Source of the DNA: Clostridiales bacterium
Lineage (GTDB): Bacteria; Bacillota; Clostridia; Lachnospirales; Lachnospiraceae
DNA: 64,000 bases
NCBI GenBank assembly: GCA_022778745.1
Contig: JALFSR010000015.1
Coordinates: 18,665-82,664 of the forward strand
Direction: 5' to 3'
Position 1 is the first letter of the stretch. Every line of letters begins with the position of its first letter. The translations under genes were made by a program, and so were the position numbers. Shown here in pieces: positions 38,607 through 47,267 of this stretch. The notes below the pieces were generated by a model, which was given only the letters and a program-made list of their open reading frames with translations, was not told where the DNA came from and did not search any database.

Positions 38607-39908
38607 GTGAGAATTGTTACATTGGATGAAGCTGCAAAAAAGAATATTTTAGCAGATTTATTAAAGCGTGATCCAAATAATTATGACCAATATGCAGATC
38701 GTGTAAATGCGATCGTAGAAGATATCAAGACAAGAAAAGATGAAGCATTGTTTGAATATACAAAGAAGTTTGATGGTGCACAGCTGACTGCAGATACAAT
38801 TCGTGTTACAGATGAGGAAATTGAAGAAGCACTGAACACAATTGATCCAAAGCTTCTTGAAGTAATGAAAAAGGCAATGAACAATATTCGTGTTTATCAT
38901 GAGAAGCAAAAGCAGTACAGTTGGTTTGACAGTCAGCCAAATGGAACGATGCTTGGTCAAAAAGTAAGTGCATTGGAAAGTGTTGGTGTGTATGTGCCAG
39001 GAGGAAAGGCATCTTATCCATCTTCTGTTTTGATGAATATTATTCCAGCAGAAGTAGCAGGAGTGGAGAGAATTGTAATGGTAACGCCTCCAGGAAAGGA
39101 TGGAAAAGTAAATCCAGTTACACTGGCAGCGGCTCATATCGCTGGTGCAACTGAAGTGTATAAAGTAGGCGGTGCTCAGGCAATTGCAGCATTGGCATTT
39201 GGAACAGAATCAATACCGAGAGTAAATAAAATCGTGGGACCTGGCAATATTTATGTAGCACTTGCAAAAAAGGCAGTGTATGGACATGTAAGCATTGATA
39301 GTATTGCGGGACCAAGTGAGATTCTTGTTATTGCAGATGAGACAGCAAACCCTCGTTTTGTCGCAGCAGATTTATTATCTCAGGCAGAGCATGATGAGCT
39401 TGCAAGTGCGATTCTTGTAACAACAAGCAGAGAGCTTGCCGAAAAAGTATCGGACGAAATTGAAGGATTTTTGAAGACATTATCAAGAAGAGAAATTTTA
39501 GAAAAATCACTCGAAAATTATGGATATTTGCTTGTTGTAGATACATTACAGGATGCAATTGACACAGCAAATGAAATTGCTTCTGAGCATTTAGAAATTG
39601 TGACAAAAAATCCATTTGAAGTGATGACAAAAATTAAAAATGCAGGTGCAATTTTCATTGGAGAATATAGTTCTGAACCACTGGGCGATTATTTTGCAGG
39701 TCCAAACCATGTGCTTCCTACAAATGGAACTGCAAAGTTTTTCTCCCCTCTTGGTGTAGATGACTATATTAAAAAATCGAGCATTATTTATTATTCAAAA
39801 GAAGCGTTGGAGCCAATCCATAAAGATATTATTCAGTTTGCAGAATCGGAACAGCTCACAGCACATGCGAATTCCATTCGTGTCAGATTCGAGCAAAACG
39901 AACAATAA
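38607..39908 (+). CDS. hisD: Histidinol dehydrogenase
   Basis: GVYVPGGKA, GGAQAIAALA, AGPSEI, QAEHD, GDYFAGPNHVLPT. GTG start after GGAGG. Confidence 0.96.
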   Translation: MRIVTLDEAAKKNILADLLKRDPNNYDQYADRVNAIVEDIKTRKDEALFEYTKKFDGAQLTADTIRVTDEEIEEALNTIDPKLLEVMKKAMNNIRVYHEKQKQYSWFDSQPNGTMLGQKVSALESVGVYVPGGKASYPSSVLMNIIPAEVAGVERIVMVTPPGKDGKVNPVTLAAAHIAGATEVYKVGGAQAIAALAFGTESIPRVNKIVGPGNIYVALAKKAVYGHVSIDSIAGPSEILVIADETANPRFVAADLLSQAEHDELASAILVTTSRELAEKVSDEIEGFLKTLSRREILEKSLENYGYLLVVDTLQDAIDTANEIASEHLEIVTKNPFEVMTKIKNAGAIFIGEYSSEPLGDYFAGPNHVLPTNGTAKFFSPLGVDDYIKKSSIIYYSKEALEPIHKDIIQFAESEQLTAHANSIRVRFEQNEQ

Positions 39909-39948
39909 TAATTATTACATATGCCAAATGAAGAAAGGAACGATTGTT

Positions 39949-40539
39949 ATGCAGGCAAGAACAGCGACGGTGAGTCGTATCACAAAGGAGACAGCAATTG
40001 AGCTGACATTGAATCTGGATGGCACAGGAAAAGCAGAGATTGATACAGGTATTGGATTTTTTGATCATATGCTGAACAGTTTTGCAAGACATGGTCTGTT
40101 TGATTTGACAGTAAGAGTAAAAGGCGATCTGGATGTGGACTGTCATCATACAATTGAAGATACTGGAATTGTACTTGGACAGGCAATTGAACAGGCAATT
40201 GGTGATAAAAAATCGATGAAACGTTATGGTTCTGCCATTCTTCCAATGGATGAGACGTTAATTCTTTGTGCCATTGATTTGTCTGGACGCCCATATCTTG
40301 TATTTGATGCATCTTTTACAACAGATCGAGTTGGCGGCTATGATACGGAGATGGTAAAAGAATTTTTCTATGCGATTTCTTATGCAAGTGGAATGAATTT
40401 ACATATCCGTCAGTTGGCAGGTAATAATAATCATCATATTATTGAGGGAATTTATAAAGTGTTTGCAAAAGCGTTGGATCAGGCGACAATAATTGATCAG
40501 AGAATCACAGATGTATTAAGCACAAAAGGAAGTCTTTAG
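39949..40539 (+). CDS. hisB: Imidazoleglycerol-phosphate dehydratase
   Basis: RITKET, TGIGFFDHML, DCHHTIEDTG, NNHHIIEGIYK, STKGSL. Confidence 0.96.
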   Translation: MQARTATVSRITKETAIELTLNLDGTGKAEIDTGIGFFDHMLNSFARHGLFDLTVRVKGDLDVDCHHTIEDTGIVLGQAIEQAIGDKKSMKRYGSAILPMDETLILCAIDLSGRPYLVFDASFTTDRVGGYDTEMVKEFFYAISYASGMNLHIRQLAGNNNHHIIEGIYKVFAKALDQATIIDQRITDVLSTKGSL

Positions 40540-40548
40540 GAGGAAAAA

Positions 40549-41073
40549 ATGAGAAGGGCATTAGCAGTAATTGATATGCAAAACGATTTTATTGACGGCA
40601 CATTAGGAACGAAAGAAGCCTGTGCGATTGTAGCAAATGTAAAACAAAAGATCGAAGAAGCATTGAAAGCAGGAGATGATGTCATATTCACACAAGATAC
40701 CCATTACGATACTTATTTAGAGACGGCAGAAGGAAAAAAATTGCCAGTTCTGCATTGTATTTATGGGACAAAAGGATGGAAGATTTGTTCTTCTTTAAAG
40801 GAATACAGTGAGAATGCACAAGTATTTGAAAAGCCAACATTTGGTTCTGTAAAGCTTGCACGCTATTTGGCTACAAGAGAGTATGAGGCAGTAGAATTTG
40901 TAGGACTTTGTACGGATATTTGTGTTATTTCCAATGTATTGATGGCAAAAGCAGTGATGCCAGAATGTGCGATTTCCGTTGACGCTTCTTGTTGTGCAGG
41001 AGTGACTCCGCAAAATCATGCAAACGCATTAAATGTAATGAAAATGTGTCAGATTGATATAATCAATGAATAA
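40549..41073 (+). CDS. Isochorismatase/nicotinamidase-family cysteine hydrolase
   Basis: VIDMQNDFIDG, TQDTH, PVLHC, EKPTFGS, VGLCTDICV. Confidence 0.88.
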   Translation: MRRALAVIDMQNDFIDGTLGTKEACAIVANVKQKIEEALKAGDDVIFTQDTHYDTYLETAEGKKLPVLHCIYGTKGWKICSSLKEYSENAQVFEKPTFGSVKLARYLATREYEAVEFVGLCTDICVISNVLMAKAVMPECAISVDASCCAGVTPQNHANALNVMKMCQIDIINE

Positions 41074-41094
41074 TAGGGAAATTTGATTTTCTAG

Positions 41095-41123
41095 TTGAAT
41101 ATTTTTATCGAATCTATTACAAT
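41095..41123 (+). promoter_or_regulatory. Sigma-A promoter of nfnAB
   Basis: TTGAAT-17 bp-TACAAT. Confidence 0.6.
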
Positions 41124-41157
41124 AGATAAGTGGATTTTGAAAAGAGGAGGACTAAGT

Positions 41158-42048
41158 ATGTATAAGATTTTAAAAGCTGAGAAATTGGCAGAAAAAATCT
41201 ACCTTATGGATGTAGAAGCTCCAAGAGTGGCAAAGCAATGCCAGCCTGGACAGTTTATTATTGCAAAAGTTGATGAAGTAGGAGAAAGAATTCCATTAAC
41301 AATTTGTGACTATAATAGAGAAACTGGTGTTATTACAATTGTATTCCAGATTGTAGGTGCTTCTACTGAGCGTATGGCTGCATTACAGGAAGGTGACTAT
41401 TTTATGGATTTTGTAGGACCTCTTGGATGTGCATCTGAATTTGTAAATGAAGATTTAGAAGAAGTAAAGAAGAGAAAATATTTATTTGTAGCAGGTGGTG
41501 TAGGTGCTGCTCCTGTGTATCCTCAAGTAAAGTGGATGCATGAAAATGGTATTGATGTAGATGTTATTGTCGGTTCTAAAACAAAAGATTTAATCTTATT
41601 GGAAGAAGAGATGAAAGCAGTTGCTGGAAACCTCTATATTACAACTGATGATGGAAGTTACCAGAGAAAGGGTATGGTAACGGAGGTAATTAAGGATTTA
41701 GTAAATAACGAAGGAAAGAAATATGATGTCTGTGTTGCAATCGGACCAATGATTATGATGAAGTTCGTATGCTTATTGACAAAAGAATTAGGAATTTCAA
41801 CAATCGTAAGTATGAATCCAATTATGGTAGACGGTACTGGTATGTGTGGTGCATGTCGTCTGACAGTAGGCGGAAAAGTAAAATTCGCATGTGTAGATGG
41901 ACCAGAATTTGACGGACATCTTGTGAACTTCGATGAAGCGATGAAGAGACAGCAGATGTATAAGACAGAAGAAGGTCGTGCGATTTTAAAGCTTCGTGAA
42001 GGAGATACGCATCACGGCGGATGTGGACATTGTGGAGGTGACAAATAA
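41158..42048 (+). CDS. nfnA: NfnA/SudB-type FAD/NAD-binding 2Fe-2S subunit
   Basis: PGQFII, ERIPLTI, GPLG, AGGVGAAP, IGPMIMM, MVDGTGMCGACR...CVDGPEF. Confidence 0.85.
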   Translation: MYKILKAEKLAEKIYLMDVEAPRVAKQCQPGQFIIAKVDEVGERIPLTICDYNRETGVITIVFQIVGASTERMAALQEGDYFMDFVGPLGCASEFVNEDLEEVKKRKYLFVAGGVGAAPVYPQVKWMHENGIDVDVIVGSKTKDLILLEEEMKAVAGNLYITTDDGSYQRKGMVTEVIKDLVNNEGKKYDVCVAIGPMIMMKFVCLLTKELGISTIVSMNPIMVDGTGMCGACRLTVGGKVKFACVDGPEFDGHLVNFDEAMKRQQMYKTEEGRAILKLREGDTHHGGCGHCGGDK

Positions 42049-43433
42049 TGGACGTATTAAAGAAAGTACCAGTTCGTGAGCAAGACCCAAAGGTTCGTGC
42101 TACGAATTTTGATGAAGTATGTTTAGGTTATAATATGGAAGAAGCACAGGAAGAAGCAAGTCGCTGTCTGAAGTGTAAAAATGCAAAATGTATGGGCGGA
42201 TGTCCAGTTTCCATTAATATTCCTGGATTCATTAAGGAAGTTCAGGAGGGAAATATAGAAGCAGCAGCAAATATTATTGCAGAATCGTCTGCACTTCCTG
42301 CTGTATGCGGACGTGTATGCCCACAGGAATCTCAGTGTGAAGGTGTTTGTATCCGTGGTATTAAGGGAGAACCAATTTCTATCGGTAAATTAGAGCGTTT
42401 TGTTGCAGACTGGTCTCGTGAGAATGGATTTGTTCCAAAGAAGGCAGAAGTGATGAACGGTAAGAAAGTGGCTGTAATCGGTTCTGGTCCTGCTGGTTTA
42501 ACATGTGCGGGAGACTTAGCAAAACTTGGCTATGACGTAACAATTTTTGAAGCTTTGCATCAGCCAGGCGGTGTATTATTATATGGTATTCCAGAATTCC
42601 GTCTTCCAAAAGACAGCGTAGTGAAATCAGAAATTGAAAATGTTAAGAAATTAGGCGTTAAGATTGAATGTAACGTAGTAATTGGAAAGTCTGTCACAAT
42701 TGATCAGCTCTTATCCGAAGAAGGATTCAGTGCAGTATTTGTTGGATCTGGTGCAGGTCTTCCAAAGTTTATGGGAATCCCAGGAGAAAATGCAAACGGT
42801 GTATTTTCTGCAAATGAATTCCTGACACGTAATAACTTAATGAAGGCATTCCGTGATGATCACGATACTCCAATTGCAAGAGGCAAAAAAGTAGCTGTTG
42901 TAGGCGGCGGTAACGTAGCAATGGATGCTGCAAGAACAGCACTTCGTCTTGGTGCAGAAACTTATATTGTATATCGTCGTAGTGAAGCAGAACTTCCAGC
43001 TCGTGTAGAAGAAGTACATCATGCAAAAGAAGAAGGTATTATCTTTAAGCTTTTAACAAATCCAAGGGAAATTTTAGTTGATGAAAATGGATGGGTAAAA
43101 GGTATGACTTGTGTTGAGATGGAGCTTGGTGAGCCAGATGCTTCTGGAAGAAGACGTCCAGTAGAAAAAGCAGGTTCCGAGTTTACAATTGATGTAGATA
43201 CCGTTATTATGTCTCTTGGTACGTCTCCAAACCCATTGATTTCTTCCACAACAGAAGGATTGGAAGTAAATAAGTGGAAATGTATCATTGCAGATGAGAA
43301 GAACGGAAAGACAACAAAAGAAGGTGTTTATGCTGGCGGTGATGCTGTAACAGGTGCTGCTACCGTTATTCTTGCAATGGAAGCTGGTAAGGCAGGAGCA
43401 AGAGGTATTCACGAATATTTATCTAATAAATAA
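42048..43433 (+). CDS. nfnB: NfnB/SudA-type subunit (annotated elsewhere as homotetrameric glutamate synthase GltA)
   Basis: RCLKCKNAKCMGGCP, CGRVCPQESQCEGVC, GSGPAGL, GGGNVAMDAAR, AGGDAVTG; paired with an nfnA-type gene. Confidence 0.85.
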   Translation: MDVLKKVPVREQDPKVRATNFDEVCLGYNMEEAQEEASRCLKCKNAKCMGGCPVSINIPGFIKEVQEGNIEAAANIIAESSALPAVCGRVCPQESQCEGVCIRGIKGEPISIGKLERFVADWSRENGFVPKKAEVMNGKKVAVIGSGPAGLTCAGDLAKLGYDVTIFEALHQPGGVLLYGIPEFRLPKDSVVKSEIENVKKLGVKIECNVVIGKSVTIDQLLSEEGFSAVFVGSGAGLPKFMGIPGENANGVFSANEFLTRNNLMKAFRDDHDTPIARGKKVAVVGGGNVAMDAARTALRLGAETYIVYRRSEAELPARVEEVHHAKEEGIIFKLLTNPREILVDENGWVKGMTCVEMELGEPDASGRRRPVEKAGSEFTIDVDTVIMSLGTSPNPLISSTTEGLEVNKWKCIIADEKNGKTTKEGVYAGGDAVTGAATVILAMEAGKAGARGIHEYLSNK

Positions 43434-43522
43434 ACCAGATGAAATTATATTTTTCAAGTTTGCGTGCAGCGTCAGATGGAAATATTTGTATTCCCATCTG
43501 ACATATGCTGTTGCGAAAATAA

Positions 43523-43558
43523 AAAATGGTGTCTGTAATAAATTACAGTCACCATTTT
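43523..43558. terminator. Bidirectional terminator
   Basis: AAAATGGTG-t-CTGTAAT/ATTACAG-t-CACCATTTT between convergent genes. Confidence 0.7.
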
Positions 43559-43583
43559 GTCTTTAAATACGTTAGTTTTCCAA

Positions 43584-44141
43584 TTATTTACTGCACATAC
43601 TGCATAATGTTGTTTTTCCAGCAGCAGCAGCATCTGTCTCACTGCCGCTTAAAATTGTCTTGGAACGTCTTAAAGAGCTGCAATTTTGATCTGCGTGATA
43701 GGATTTTCCATTTGGAGTCCAGAAAAATACAGATGCTTTTGATGTGTCATCTGCTGCTTCAGCGGACTGTACTTGAGCAGCAGGTTTCTCTGTTTGCATG
43801 TCATTAATAGTTTCATTTGTCTGAATGTCATCCACAAGTTTATTTGTATCATCAGCAGCTGCAGATTCAATGTCTATCTCAGTATTTGTATTATTGGAAT
43901 GTTCATCAGTTGTTGCTGCAATATTATTTGCTTCCATATTGCTAGTTGCCGCCACAGATGGGCTAGAAACGAAATTTGTATGAGTTGAATTCATTTGGTG
44001 ATTTTCTGGCTTGGTTGCAGTATGATTATCAACTGTAGAAACCATTAATTTTCTTCTTCGTAAGAGAACATAGATGATCAAAACTGTAAGAAGCAGTAAA
44101 ACAAAGAAGAATAAGAAAATCTTTTTTTTGTCCATAGGCAT
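43584..44141 (-). CDS. Membrane-anchored protein with disordered linker and C-terminal His/Cys metal-binding domain
   Basis: N-terminal TM helix then RRRK; T/N/A/D-rich linker; WTPNGKSYHADQNC...GKTTLCSMC. Confidence 0.8.
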   Translation of the reverse strand: MPMDKKKIFLFFFVLLLLTVLIIYVLLRRRKLMVSTVDNHTATKPENHQMNSTHTNFVSSPSVAATSNMEANNIAATTDEHSNNTNTEIDIESAAADDTNKLVDDIQTNETINDMQTEKPAAQVQSAEAADDTSKASVFFWTPNGKSYHADQNCSSLRRSKTILSGSETDAAAAGKTTLCSMCSK

Positions 44142-44327
44142 AATAATCTCTCCCTTTTAGTTGTCATTGATATAGGTATCATTGCTTTTTACACTTGAAT
44201 ATCATATCATAGAAAACAAAAGGATACAAGAAATAATAAATAACAAAAATAACTGGCAAATAGAGAAAAATTTGTCAATGTATAGCAATAATTGCTTCAT
44301 TGAAGTAATATTTTATTGGAAAAAATG

Positions 44328-44900
44328 TCACTTCAGTATTTGAACGCCGTGGGAAATGATTTGTTCTACAATAATTGCAATTTCTTCTGGGGATTCTTTT
44401 CTGCCGCGATTCAGCCAGTTTTGAAATACACCAATGATTCCAGAAATCACGAATGCATAGAAATAATCATAGGAAAGTGGATTAGACAGAGAAAATGATT
44501 CCATCCAGTTATGGAGACATTTTTCTCGTACAAATGTCTCCATACGGTCAACAAAAACAATATCTCCGTTTGGACTGAGTAATACGGTTACAATTTCTGC
44601 ATTATGGTCAAGAAAGCGAAAAATATCAGTGAGAAATAAAGTTGGATGTAACTGAAATTCTTCTGTACTGTATTTTTCAAATAAGTCTTTTAATTCCTGC
44701 ATCAATTCATTTTCAATTGACTGCATCAAATCAAAAATATCTTTATGATGTAAATAAAATGTTCCACGATTAATATCAACATAATCCGTTAGTTCTTTTA
44801 CAGTAATTTTGTTGACTGGTTTTTGTTTCATTAAATCAATCAAACCAGAACATAAAACTGCTTTTGTTTTTCGTACTCTTCTGTCTATAGTAGATGCCAT
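44328..44900 (-). CDS. TetR/AcrR family regulator
   Basis: DRRVRKTK, KITVKELTDYVDINRGTFYLHHKD. Confidence 0.93.
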   Translation of the reverse strand: MASTIDRRVRKTKAVLCSGLIDLMKQKPVNKITVKELTDYVDINRGTFYLHHKDIFDLMQSIENELMQELKDLFEKYSTEEFQLHPTLFLTDIFRFLDHNAEIVTVLLSPNGDIVFVDRMETFVREKCLHNWMESFSLSNPLSYDYFYAFVISGIIGVFQNWLNRGRKESPEEIAIIVEQIISHGVQILK

Positions 44901-44981
44901 AATGAACTCCCCTTTTCTAAAAAAATAATAAAAATTTTATTAATAATCAACAGAATTATAAAAAATAATCATTAATAAACA

Positions 44982-45063
44982 AAAATCAATAATATTGAAT
45001 ATTGATTTTATATTAAAACATATTATAATCGAAAAAAATAGATAAATCAACATATAGTTGATT
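44982..45063. promoter_or_regulatory. Putative TetR operators in the divergent promoter region
   Basis: AAAATCAATA-N8-TATTGATTTT (44982-45009) and AATCAAC-N5-GTTGATT (45045-45063) flank TTGATT-16 bp-TATAAT (45002-45029). Confidence 0.6.
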
Positions 45064-45099
45064 AAAAAAATATTTTCTGTTTATTGAAAGGAGAGCTTT

Positions 45100-47145
45100 A
45101 TGAAAAAACTATTTGAGCAGATCTTAAAGCATAAGGCAGTCGTTATTGCAATATTTGCAGCTGCCTGTGTGGTAAGTATAATCATGGGTACAAAAGTAAA
45201 GATTAATTATAATTTAGTTGATTATCTGCCTGATGATGCTGCTTCAACAAAGGCCTTGAACTTGATGGAAGAAGAGTTCGAGGGAGGTGTGCCAAATGCA
45301 CGAATGATGGTAGAAGATATTAGTATTCCAGAAGCATTGGAATTAAAAGAAGATCTAAAAAAAGTTGATGGAATTAAAGATGTAACATGGATGGATGATG
45401 CAATTAATATAAATATTCCGTTGGAAATGATTGACCAAGACATCTTAAATGATTATTATAAAGATAATACAGCATTATTTACATTAACGGTTGATGATAA
45501 AAAGATAATTGAAGCATTGGATGGAGCAAAGCAATTAACCAATAAAACAATATCTTTAACAGGAGCCGCACAAAATCAGGCGGTTGCAATGAGAAAGACA
45601 GAAGAAGAAATTCAAAGAATTATATTATTTATTGTGCCGCTTTGCTTTGCGATCTTACTATTAACGACAACATCGTGGTTTGAACCAGTGTTGTTTATGA
45701 TCACAATTGGTGTAGCAATATTATTAAATCGAGGTACAAATCTAATATTTGGAGAAATTTCGTTTGTTACAAATGCGGCTGGAAGTATTCTTCAGTTAGC
45801 TGTGTCGATGGATTATTCAATTTTCTTATTGCATCGTTTCGCAGATTATCGAAAGAAGGGAATGAATGTTCATGATGCGATGCTAGAAGCATTGCAAAAG
45901 GCATTTCGCTCCATTACAGCAAGCGGGCTTACGACAGTAATTGGATTTGCAGCGTTGATTCTAATGCGATTTAAAATCGGTCCTGATATGGGATACGTTA
46001 TGGCAAAAGCAATTGTATTTAGTATGATCAGTGTACTTGTATTTTTACCTGTTGTGGCAATTATGTGCTATAAATGGATTGATCGCACACAACATAGACC
46101 GTTATATCCAGAATTTCGTCATTTTGCTGATTTTGTACAAAAAATTAAAAAGCCTGCCATTGTGTTATTTTGCATTGTTGTAATTCCATCTGTAACTGCA
46201 CAGAGTCAAAATAAATTTTTATATGGAACATCAAGGATTTTCGGAGAAGGAACAGAGGCATATGAAGAGACGCAGAGAGTAGAATCAAAGTTTGGAAAAT
46301 CCAATCAATTTGTGCTGATGGTACCAAAAGGCGATTTTGCAACAGAAAAAAAGCTGAGTGACGAATTACATAATATTCCTCAAATTACATCGATTATTTC
46401 ATATGTTGATAATGCAGGAGCAGAAGTGCCAATCGAATATTTGGATGAAGAAGTACGATTAAAACTGTTAAGCGATCATTATAGCCGAATGGTATTAAAT
46501 GTACAGACCGATTACGAAAGTAAGACTGCATTTGATGTAGTAGAACAAATTCGGGCAATCGCAAAAAGTTATTATCCAGACTACTATCTTGCTGGAGAAA
46601 GTGTGAATACGTATGATATTAAAGAAGTTGTCACTGCGGACATGGCAAAAGTAAATGCAATTGCGATTATAGCCGTATTTGTTGTAATTATGTTTTCAAT
46701 GAAGTCAGTTATCATTCCAATTATTCTTGTATTTGTCATTGAAGCGTCGATTTGGATTAATTTATCCATTCCGTATTTTCTGGATGATTCATTATTTTAT
46801 ATCGGATATTTGATTATCAGCAGTATACAGCTTGGAGCAACTGTAGATTATGCGATTTTACTTGCAAGCCGATATTTAGAAGAACGAAAAGTAAAGTCAA
46901 AAGAAGAAGCACTGCGTCAGACGATGATGCATACAACACTTTCTATTTTGACATCTGCTTCTATTTTAACGTTAAGCGGTGCGATGCTTGCAATTGTATC
47001 AACTCACGGTGTTATTAGTGAACTTGGAAGTTTGATAGGAAAAGGAGCCGCATTATCATTATTGTTAGTATTATTAGTACTTCCAGGTTTGCTTTATTAT
47101 TTTGATGAAATCATTCAAAGAACAATTTGGAAAAGCCGAAAATAA
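45100..47145 (+). CDS. MMPL/RND family transporter
   Basis: Two-fold repeated TM blocks, INYNLVDYLP, LQLAVSMDYSIFLLHRF, IQLGATVDYAILL. Confidence 0.9.
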   Translation: MKKLFEQILKHKAVVIAIFAAACVVSIIMGTKVKINYNLVDYLPDDAASTKALNLMEEEFEGGVPNARMMVEDISIPEALELKEDLKKVDGIKDVTWMDDAININIPLEMIDQDILNDYYKDNTALFTLTVDDKKIIEALDGAKQLTNKTISLTGAAQNQAVAMRKTEEEIQRIILFIVPLCFAILLLTTTSWFEPVLFMITIGVAILLNRGTNLIFGEISFVTNAAGSILQLAVSMDYSIFLLHRFADYRKKGMNVHDAMLEALQKAFRSITASGLTTVIGFAALILMRFKIGPDMGYVMAKAIVFSMISVLVFLPVVAIMCYKWIDRTQHRPLYPEFRHFADFVQKIKKPAIVLFCIVVIPSVTAQSQNKFLYGTSRIFGEGTEAYEETQRVESKFGKSNQFVLMVPKGDFATEKKLSDELHNIPQITSIISYVDNAGAEVPIEYLDEEVRLKLLSDHYSRMVLNVQTDYESKTAFDVVEQIRAIAKSYYPDYYLAGESVNTYDIKEVVTADMAKVNAIAIIAVFVVIMFSMKSVIIPIILVFVIEASIWINLSIPYFLDDSLFYIGYLIISSIQLGATVDYAILLASRYLEERKVKSKEEALRQTMMHTTLSILTSASILTLSGAMLAIVSTHGVISELGSLIGKGAALSLLLVLLVLPGLLYYFDEIIQRTIWKSRK

Positions 47146-47267
47146 GAGAGAATGATTATGGATAATAAAAAATTAACGAAACAGGTACTGTGTTGCGTTT
47201 GACTGCAGAATGAAGTCTTCTGTTTCAAGCATATAGAGTATGATTTATGAGAAAGGAAAGGATTATT

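Noticed and set aside
36663-40539. Incomplete his operon (no hisH, A, F, IE, C) as pathway loss
   Set aside because: Split his clusters are common in Clostridia; this cannot be judged from one window.
42048-43433. Glutamate synthase small subunit of a gltBD pair
   Set aside because: No large subunit is adjacent, and the partner is an NfnA/SudB-type gene, so a bifurcating transhydrogenase is the better call.
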